Source: Phoronis australis
Lineage: Eukaryota; Animalia; Phoronida
NCBI GenBank assembly: GCA_002633005.1
Contig: NMRA01000083.1
Span: 198,896 to 262,895, forward strand
DNA: 64,000 nucleotides
Reading direction: 5' to 3'
The notes under the pieces were generated by a model that searched no databases, was not told the origin of the DNA, and saw nothing but the letters and a program-made list of their open reading frames with translations. Made by a program: the position numbers and the translations under genes. Below, piece after piece: positions 54,780 to 64,000 of the stretch; within the stretch, counting starts at the first letter, position 1; each line of letters opens with the position of its first letter.

Positions 54780-56465
54780 AAATAGAAAGGCGGACTCCAA
54801 AAACTGACTCAGTCTCGAAAATTTAAAAAATTGCCACAAGGTGGCATAGAATTGACAAAGCTATTCAAAAATGGAAAGGCATCGTCAATTCCTTAACAGA
54901 AATCTATTTGCCAAATTTCATGAAAATCCATCCAAAAAGGAAACCATAAAAAGTTAAAATTGCCACTAAGTGACACAGTGGTAGTCGGATGGGTCTGAAA
55001 TTCGTTGTCATGTGTCATCAGCTTATCAGAACACATCTCCCAAGTCTATGAGAATACAGCTGCGGACGCTGGGACAGAGATGACGGCAATATGCATCCAC
55101 ATGTAAACATGTGAGGTTTAAAAATGTAGAGGCTAGTCTCAATCACTATCAAACTCGAAGGCCTAAAATTTCCAATTTGACTTAGAAAACAGTTGGAGGC
55201 CACTTTCAACATGGAGCATTGAAATGCGCCCACAAATGCAGTGGTGTGCTTCTATTTGTGTCATGAAAATAGCCACTAGATGGTGCAAGATACTTCAAAT
55301 CCATCAAAAAATGGGAAATGTCACCATGTTTTAACAAAAAGCTAATTACCACATTTCATGAAAATCCGTCAAGGAAACAGAGGAAAATGGAAAATATGAA
55401 ATTGCCACTAGGGGGCACAGCATTCGTCAGATCCATCTGAAAGTTGTCTTTCGTTGTCGTCTTTCGTTGTCAACTTCATATAAATACACTTGCTCATTTT
55501 AATAAAGATCCTGCAGAGGGCTTAGGAGATACAGCTAAGGGCGCAAAAAAAAACTGCCACTAGGAGGCACCACAGTAATTGAAGTCTGAAAATCATCATC
55601 AACGGTCTTTTTAACACAAAGAATATATATTATAAGCCAATTTTCAAAATCATCGTAAGAGTGGTTTGGTCGACAGATCGCGGACGCCAAAAACAAACTA
55701 GAAAACAGTAAAAATGGCCACTAGATGGCGCAAAGTACGTCAAAACTGTCTGAAAACCTGAAAATGTCATTGTTTCTTTAAAGGAAAGCTATTTACCATA
55801 TTTCATGAAAATTCCTTGAGGAATTGCAGAGAAACAGAGGAAAACGGGAAAAATGTAATTGCCACTAGAGGCACAGTGTTCATCGCATCCGTCTGAAAGT
55901 CATCTTCTGTTGATAACTTCATATAAATGCTCATGCTAAATTTAATAAAGTAATAAAGATCCTTAGGAGATACAGGCATGGGTGCAAAAAAAAGCAAAAC
56001 TGCCACTAGGAGACGCCACAACAGTCAAAGTAATTGGAAAATCAACGTCAACCATCCTCTTCATAGTAAGAACATACATACCAATTTTCACAATCATCCA
56101 TAGAGTGGTTTGGTTGACAGACTCGAAAATTGTAAAAATGGCCACTAGATGGCACAAAATGCCTCAAATCCATCCGAAATCGGAAGGATAGCGCCACCTC
56201 ATTAATAGATGACGTTCTAACAGATTTCATGAAAATCGGTTGAGGACCTTCGAAGATACAAGGCTAACCAAAAAACTAAAATTGCCAGTATGGGGTACAG
56301 CGGTATTCGGGTCGGTCCGAAACTCGTCGCCCTTTGTCGTCAACCCCATAAAAACACGCCAAATTTTAATAAGACCCTGCTAGGGGTTTCGGAGATGCAG
56401 CCGCGGATGCCCAGACAAAGATGACGGCAGTATGCACCCACGTATCAATATGTGGACGCATAAAA
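54780..56465 (+). repeat. Degenerate ~140-bp tandem array (trimeric higher order) with a hairpin end module; shorter related copy at ~50690-51085
   Basis: Recurring GCCACTAG..GGC.C and ATTTCATGAAAATC motifs. End module GACAGAGATGA.GG.A.TAT.CA.CCAC..TGTG..AAAA at ~55070-55120, ~56410-56465 and ~51030-51080. Confidence 0.85.
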
Positions 56466-56648
56466 ATTGATTTTTGTGGTGGAAAGTGGGTTTATCAGCC
56501 AACTTAAATGAAAAGTCCGGGGAGATGGCATTGCTGTTACTTTTCAAATCTTGTTTAATGTAGTTAAACACATTAAGATGCGAACATCACTCGGTAATTA
56601 ACATGCTTTATTATTTATGTCTTACAGCCTGGCATTGATGTCTATAGG

Positions 56649-57347
56649 ATGTCCAAGATGATCAACCTATCTGCAGCTACATTCAGGTATGCGCGTACTA
56701 AAGTGAAGTTGCTGTTTTCACCCAAATACCTGTTAATCACAAACACGGCAATGTGTGGCGCATTTAGTGGTGTTGGCGACATGATGCAGCAGTTTTATGA
56801 GAAAATTCAGAAACGGCAAGACAGATGGGACTTTAGGAGAACTGCACACCTCCAACTGACGGGAGTTGCTTTAGGACCTGCTTGCCACTACTGGTACCTA
56901 TTCTTAGACCGTTATTTCGCAGGGAACTCCATGAGGGCTCTGTGCAAGAAAATTGTTGTGGATCAAGTGATATTTTCGCCGATAAGCATAGTACTGTTTT
57001 TTGTTTGTCTGGGAATGTTGGAAGGCTCTACATATAAAGAGATAGTGAAGGAGATGATTGACAAAGGAAAAGTGCTTTACGTTGCAGAGTGGATTGTGTG
57101 GCCACCAGCGCAGTTAATCAACTTTTACTTTCTACCGACTCGTTTTAGAGTGCTCTACGACAACGTAGTGTCGTTGGGGTTTGATTACTATTATGCTTAT
57201 GTGAAACACAGGAAGGACTTCAAGGTGCAAGCGTATGATGAGTTTCGTGATATGCACACAGTTACTTGTTCAAATGCTGTGTCCAAACACGAAAGGTTGA
57301 ACAAAAAGAAAAGGACTAGTGCACAAGTTAATACAAAAGGAAATTAG
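56649..57347 (+). CDS. MPV17L2: Mpv17/PMP22-family protein, MPV17L2-like, single coding exon, 232 aa
   Basis: LLITNT...GD..QQ, WD.RRT, GP..HYWY..LD, K...DQ..FSP and W.VWPPAQ.INF.F.P..FRVLY.N..SLG.D.Y..Y.K motifs. A cttacag acceptor at 56621-56627 suggests an upstream 5'UTR exon. Confidence 0.85.
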   Translation: MSKMINLSAATFRYARTKVKLLFSPKYLLITNTAMCGAFSGVGDMMQQFYEKIQKRQDRWDFRRTAHLQLTGVALGPACHYWYLFLDRYFAGNSMRALCKKIVVDQVIFSPISIVLFFVCLGMLEGSTYKEIVKEMIDKGKVLYVAEWIVWPPAQLINFYFLPTRFRVLYDNVVSLGFDYYYAYVKHRKDFKVQAYDEFRDMHTVTCSNAVSKHERLNKKKRTSAQVNTKGN

Positions 57348-58804
57348 TTTGCTTGTTTGTGAATATTTATTGAATCTTTGTGCAAATTAACAAAAATCTG
57401 TGGTGTGGCTTTCATGGGAATACATGTGTGCTACATCCTGTTTCAACTGTGATACAACCCAAACTTGCAGGCCATATTTCTATTAGTTTCAGAAGCCATT
57501 GCTGACCTCAAAACAATGATGAGAGGTGTTATAGGCAGGAACAGAAGGTGGAAATGTGTATTACTCAGAACTGCAATGATTACCAGTTTGTACAATATTG
57601 AGTTTTTGTGATAGTAACCCCAGGGCATATATTCGGACAACTTTTTTAGTTTGTGGTATCCCAAAACTAAACCAAGGTCTATTTTCAGAAATGGGGCGAA
57701 ATCCATTATAAAATATGTCACGCGTTTTGAAGGGTGTTTATCTAGTTGCGAGCATATTTCTAAAAATGTAATGATTAAAATCAAACATCTAAAACTACTG
57801 ACTAGCCCCAAGATTAACTGTAAGCAACAACAATGCTTTGTTTTTGACTGACACATATTTTTTCATTTTAAGAAATCCTACAAACCCTGAAGTTATAGTT
57901 GTGGCTCCAAAAGTAGTCCGTTGGCTTATATTTTGAAAATATTAGAATAGTGAATAAGAACAATTTCTGATGAATCAAAATAAGCAATAACTAATATTAA
58001 ACTAATAGTGTTGGTTCTGTTGATGATGATAAAGTCAAGGGATAGGTGGAGACTTCTTGGAGATGTCAAGCAATGCCTCTGGAAACAACACGTGCATACA
58101 GACAATGAATTTACTCAGATTCCCCACTTCAGTAGTTCTGTTCATAAATAATTCACCTTGAGGACCACAGCCTACTTTGTAGAATAGTTGAGAACAGTAA
58201 AACTTAATAAGTCAGGTCCAACGAGACTAAAAGATTTCACCCTAATAAAGCGAAACGTGAAGGGACTAGACCGCTATTAAGAGCAACTGCAGAACTTAGT
58301 CCAAATTCAGCAAAGCTCCGACTTGAATGTACCAAACTTATGCAGCTTTTACTATATTCATAAAGTACCCACTTTGTTTTGTTAAAGCCCTTGTTATATG
58401 CAACATGTTCACAGTGATCTTGTTCAGTAACTCGTTGGTTGTTACACTGGGAACTGTTTTATCAAAGCTCCGAAGTCGGTTGTAGTAGCTAAGATGTTTG
58501 TAGCCATGGTATTTGGAAAGTCGACACTGCCTTTTTATACGATATAAACATTGCTACTGAAGTACATAAATGTGATCACAATTCACGTTCAATTTGTAAG
58601 CCAAACTTTGTTAATGAATTTGTTTGTCAATAAAAATTCAAGATACGACTTTCTTAGCTACGACTCGACTGACGCCTTTTGATAAAATAGGCCCCTGATG
58701 ATAAATTGGAAATTGTTTTCTTGTGTAAAGAATGTGAGGATAATCCTGTGAATAGAAGAACTAATATTGCAATTCTACGACGTGTCATCTTTATGTTGTA
58801 GACC

Positions 58805-61097
58805 TTAATTTGTAAATTCCCACACGTATGCATGAGTTAATCCATTGTTTTCTTGCCTACAAGTCTTTGACAATGCATATTTAGCCACCTGTCTCATGTG
58901 CTTCATCGGCAAAGATGTCGAGAAAAATGCTCTTCCTGGGTCACCTATTAGAACCCTAGTCCTTGCTTGCACTAAGTGTTGTACCCAACTAAACACAGTC
59001 TTGCTGAAGTCGTAATCATAAAACATGTCTCCAAGCAGCACATAGTCCAGAGTGTTGGTTTGCTGACCTATTTTGTTGCGGCTGTCTGTTTCTATGGTGA
59101 TGTTATTTAGTCTGGCATTCATCTGAATTGCACACAATGCAACTGTAAAGAAAAATCACATAATGTTATGTGTGACAATGTAGGCAAGGTAAACTTCATT
59201 ACAAAACATTGGTTGCACAATATTGCCTGAATTTGTCATTCAGGTAGTGTTGAAATACATTACAGGAAATTTAAAAATATCTCTGGTCTTACCATACTAA
59301 AGAAATTGTCACCTGGGTTTTGGCGGCCACCATCGACTTTTTCAGACTTCTGAGGGTAAATAGCGTTAAACTTTAACCAGTAGCCCGACGTAGTTCATTG
59401 AGAAGATTTGAACTGACAAAGACAATTTCTTGAAGTAATTCCAGGTAAAATTTAAAAATTTCGAGAAATATCAATTTAGAGAAACATATGATAACTGAGA
59501 AGACAAATTAAGGCAACTGTAATGAAATTTCACATATCAGGAAAATTTATCTTTCGTTTGATTTTTAAGTTTCGAACGTCTCATGCGGTCATCACCGGCC
59601 CCATCACGTGATGTTCTCTACTGACCTGGGTCAATATCATTGGCTATTACTCGCTCTGCCCCTGACAACACGCATGCTATGGCCGACGCTCCACATCCAC
59701 TTCCAACATCCAACACACGCTGGTGGGCAAACTGATCTGGGTTGTCCAAAATAAACCTGTAGAACACACAGATATGTATGGGGTGATTTGAAAAGATTTG
59801 CGTACGATCTGATCAAAATTAAATTTTAGTTGCAGTGACCATTTTTGAACTGGCATATCATTTTCTACGCTGAGCATGGCCTGGAGGCATATTTAATTAA
59901 CCTTATGTCAGTTTTTAGCGAGCTTAGAAATCGCTCCAAATCCATGGTTTTGTAAGGAACAAGTTGAGATCAGTTTTTTAAGGATAAATGGTCTAAGTTT
60001 TATCTTTTTTGGTGTAAGTTACAAAGGAATTTCACTACTGTATGAAGTAGTTAATTCCGAATTCCAAACCAAAGTGCTCTTGTGTTTAAAAACATTACCT
60101 CTCTCACCCAATTCTGATTTGTTGCAGAATGTGACATTATCACAGGCAGTGAGTACATGCCACTTTCAAACCCACAATTTTAGGGCGTATTTTTGGAAAT
60201 TTGTTGGAAATACGTCCATGGGCCGTATTTTCGGAAATTCCTGGTATGAAACTTATTTTATGAACTTAAGTGTCTTTTTTCATTTTTTGGAAATTTAGAG
60301 CGGTTATAATCTCACCTTGCATCACCAAAACTGACTTTGATTTAGGCCAGACTTACAAATATATATTTATTGGTTTCAAATTAATTTCCTCAGAGGTTTA
60401 AAAGAAATGGCAGTTGTGAGTAAAGAACATGTTGTAAGTTGTGATCAACTGTATTGCGGTAAGTGGTCTAAATCAAAAGTTCAGTTCATGGATGGAACAC
60501 GAGTTTATAGTCGTCTAAGTTCACAAGAAGCTGGGGCTCTCAGACTGAGTTAATATATCAAAATTTTCGCGATTAAATCAATATCATTTAATTGTCTTTT
60601 GCATCTAGATTTTTTAATTTTATGACACGCATTCAAGGTGCAAAAGTCTCATAGCCTGTAATGACCAATTCAACTTTTTAAGACCACTCTCATTGACAGA
60701 TTATTGTTACTTGTATGTCTTCTCACCTTGTCAATGCCTGTCCACCAGGCCAATAAAATGCCCAAAAGGGATCAGTAAACGGACAACACTCGGGTCTCGC
60801 TCTCCATAAAGTGCAGTTTTGTGTAATCAGATGAAGTTTGATTTCGGGTGTCAAGTGATCATGGGTGATCTCTGTGTGTTCTTGTATTGTCAGTTCCGTT
60901 GAGGATGTTAAGTATCGCCTTGCGTCACGAAATGCATAGCCATCCGCCTTATGTAAGTGGAATACTTCACGTCCTGCTCGCAGTGCACGGCAATGCGGAG
61001 TCAAGTCGAGGATGCAATTCGATAGACTTTGAAAAAATCTTGGATTTCTATAACCAGCCAATAAAGCGTTGCGCAAGAAGGTAGGACCCGTCGTCAT
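58805..61097 (-). CDS. ETFBKMT: ETF-beta lysine methyltransferase (METTL20). Exons: 61097-60727, 59756-59626, 59142-58805; 279 aa.
   Basis: HLTPEIKLHLIT...DPFWAFYWPGGQALT|RFILDNP...VLDVGSGCGASAIA...ANDIDP|VA...LLGDMFYD...VLIGDPGR...ENNG. Basic N-terminus resembling a mitochondrial presequence. GT-AG junctions in phase. Confidence 0.94.
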
Positions 61098-61451
61098 TTT
61101 GCTTCCAATTATTAAGAATTATTTTAGACCTAACAAATTCTGCTCACGCGGTTAAGTTAGCCGTGTCGTTGACCAACCAAGTAAGCCACCAGACCTGTTC
61201 TCATGTGGACCAGTCCCCTTCCAATCGACTTCTCAAGACACTGTATCATTCCTAACTGAGCTTCGAATTTGTTGAATACTATGCTGTCGACTACGTTTTG
61301 CCAAATTTCAGGTGGATCGTTGGACGAGACAAATTCTTGAAACTGATCTGCGACACATCCAAGAAGTATCAGACACGGAAGTGAAATTTCCCTCCATCTG
61401 ACGTCAATAGCACGTGACTATCAGCACAAGCCATTGCACTGGGGTGAAGAC
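61098..61451. promoter_or_regulatory. Bidirectional promoter between ETFBKMT and SWAP70/DEF6-like
   Basis: Divergent ATGs 354 nt apart; CGGAAGTG (61376), TGACGTCA (61399) and CACGTGAC (61411) are clustered. Confidence 0.65.
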
Positions 61452-61544
61452 ATGGCTTTGCAGGACAAGCGAAAGTGTTACTGGCACGCCTTTAACGCAT
61501 TAGATGAACAGAAAAACGACCAAGTACCGAAATCGAAACTAAAG
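61452..61544 (+). CDS. SWAP70/DEF6-like protein, first coding exon; remaining exons not found in the window
   Basis: MALQDKRKCYWHAFNALDEQKNDQVPKSKLK|gtaact resembles the EF-hand-like N-terminus of SWAP70/DEF6 (..WHAFTALD...GKVSKSQLK|), including the intron position. Not in the ORF track. Confidence 0.78.
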
Positions 61545-62047
61545 GTAACTGAAGTGACTTGCTTTTACGTGTCCATTCTTTTATAGACGTCACCTTCCCA
61601 CTTCTTCCTTGTCAACAACGAAACGTAGACCAGTAGCTGTATGGCACAAGCATAGAGGGCAGGAGCAACAGGTTGTCGTGCATGCCATAATGACATAACT
61701 GGAGGTCATAAACACAATCCTTCAAATCCACACTTTCAATTTTTCCCTTCTCAAAACGCCACAGAGAATGATGTGAATTAACAGCTTGAAAGTTTTGGCT
61801 CACTGGAAAATGATTTTTGATCGTATCAACTTGATATTGTTTTAGGGCGTATCAATGTCGGAGTGGCATGGACAATGTTTTTTTTTGCCTTTAACATTTG
61901 AAAGCTTTGTACGAACATGTTCTCGGCTTGTGATTAGTATTTGTCAGTCTCTGAGGTGTGTACAGCGGGAGTGGGAGGTAGGAAAAATTAGGAGACCCAC
62001 CATTTTGGAGTCTCATGTAAAGGATTTGCTGTAGGACGTAATTTAGT

Positions 62048-62492
62048 GGGCCTGTTGCAACCCAAAGCTGATGCCAGCACTGAATTGATTTGATGCTTCA
62101 GTTTGGCACGGGGTGGTGAACCAAACTAATGCCTGCGCTAAACTAAAGCTACCGTAAGTTCCCAAATTATTGCCTATGGTTTATATGTTTTTTAATGGTT
62201 ATCAGAACTGAAATTGACGACACCGAGTGCGGCGTGGTGCGTAATAGTTTCTCAGGACATTTCACCCATGTGATTCATCCATATGACCTGCATACGTGAG
62301 CACTTATTGTCGTCTCTTTTGGGTTCTGATAAGCATCAAAAAAGTCCATGAACCACGTGCAATGATAATTTGGGAACTTACAGTAGCTTAAGTTTGGCGT
62401 AGGCATCAGTTTGGCTAACTAACCTGTGCCAAATTGAAGTATGCCCGGCAATTCAATTAGGCGCAGCAATCAGTTTGGGCTGCAACAGGTCC
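62048..62492. mobile_element. PIF/Harbinger-like MITE with ~140-bp TIRs in SWAP70-like intron 1
   Basis: GGGCCTGTTGCAACCCAAA...AAGCTACCGTAAGTTCCCAAATTAT versus ATAATTTGGGAACTTACAGTAGCTT...TTTGGGCTGCAACAGGTCC. Confidence 0.88.
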
Positions 62493-63259
62493 ATTTGTTG
62501 GGAGCTTCTTAAGTTGCCCTGTTGATTGTGAAGAATTTTCTCAGTGGCAAGGGTTTTCATCTAGAGCTACATAAAATTGAAGGAAACTAAAAAAATTAAT
62601 AAACAACTCGAATACTCTTATGCATGTAATGTCAATCCTTTTTGTAGATTTTTGTCTCAAAAACTGACTCATTTTATTTTGTCGCAAAATTGACTCTCAT
62701 TAAGTCCCAAATTTATAAAAAGTGGTATGCAGAACTTTGGTTCTGCCCGGGGCGATTGTTTATGGGATAGTCCCTCTTACTATAGTCAAATGCATGGACC
62801 CTAGTACTAAGAAAAGAGAAACTATTCAATTTAAGTACAAATCAGTCACAGGTTATTCATAGTAATTCAGTGGATGCCGCCGATGTGTATGTCCGGGGCC
62901 GTCGCTCCATCACCTCTCCCCCTTCCATGCGCTATACAGCTGTAAAGTGCCATGAATTCAGTTAGGAAATGGGTTATGATTACTTTTGGCTTCCCTTATT
63001 TTGTGAACTGAGTTTTCATCAGGCATGTGTTACGCTAACATTATTTGCATGCAAGTGAACGAGAAAAGATGCACTGTTCACCTCAGAGTATCCAGTGAAT
63101 TCCTCACCATATAAAAACGTTAGATGGCGCCATCACAGATTGTAGTGAGGTAGTTACTATTCATTGGGTTGGCCGAATGTGTATTGGATGAGATAACTGT
63201 GGTGGTAAACCAATTCGCCTTCCAAGTAAGGCAAATGACCAACTTTTACTAGTGCGACT

Positions 63260-63285
63260 CACACACACACACACACACACACACA
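63260..63285. repeat. (CA)n microsatellite
   Basis: About 13 CA units. Confidence 0.95.
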
Positions 63286-64000
63286 TATCTGATAATTAAG
63301 GTAAGACGGGAGTTGTCGTTCTGTGCATTACAATTAACAGCTGTTGCGAATACGGGTTGCAAAAGAACATTCCGTCTGTATGTGTAATCGGGACGCTGAC
63401 ATGCATGTCTGGTTATCGAGCCTGGTTAGGATTTGATGAAAACAATCGCCATGATACAGTATGCAGTATGCATCAACTATACAAAGCAGTACAATCTTGA
63501 GTTTCGCTCTTAGGCACTGTCCGTCTTTGTTCTGAGATACTAGAAATACGGGATGCGTGCATTTATGATTGATGCGCCATGATTGACAATCAAGCCCCAG
63601 CATTTTGAGGGGAAAAATGAGACCGATCACTTGCATTGGAGTAAACTGGGTATGTATTTGGAGACGAAAGTTTGAGAGACTGGACCTTAGTGGACTTAAT
63701 CATTCGTAACTGCAAGAACGGCTGCGGTTGAATATGATTGAGCCGAAATGTCTTATCTATATAAAGCCACACGGTGGGCCACTATTTATAGAGGCCATCA
63801 CATGACAAACCGGGCCAGTGACAAGTTCACCCTTAAAGTTCTTGGAATTCAACCATGACCAAATAAGGTATAACCAAAATAGAAGAATACACTAGCTCCA
63901 ACGATGACCAACAGGTGTCATGCTAATACAGAAACAGAGATGTGATCATTCGTGTTACCATATGTAACCGCAGCTTATAATTACTTCCGCCTTGTCCCAG

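Overview
Gene-dense, AT-rich animal genomic DNA, probably a marine invertebrate (lophotrochozoan-like; inference). It has spliceosomal introns and a 630-nt N gap. I could reconstruct seven protein-coding genes by hand: SMARCB1/SNF5 (-, exons 1-2, runs off the left edge), intronless PMVK (+), a 14-exon SLC5A/SGLT-type Na+/sugar cotransporter (+, 14152-44752), ARL6IP4 (-), MPV17L2-like (+, single coding exon), ETFBKMT/METTL20 (-) and exon 1 of a SWAP70/DEF6-like gene (+). Six of these form three head-to-head pairs. The most notable structure is in the SGLT gene: two intact, divergent, tandem copies of exon 8 (34555-34802 and 35895-36118). Their splice phases force mutually exclusive use. They encode alternative versions of the glycosylated extracellular loop and of the helix ending in the WYW sugar-site motif, and they are flanked by CTAAC/ACTAAY (STAR/Quaking-type) motif clusters. 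Other notable items: a GC-AG first intron, an array of duplicated 5' splice sites in ARL6IP4, a ~140-bp-period repeat carrying CTCF-like motifs, a minisatellite amplified from LINE coding sequence, and several MITEs. All calls come from manual reading; no searches were run.
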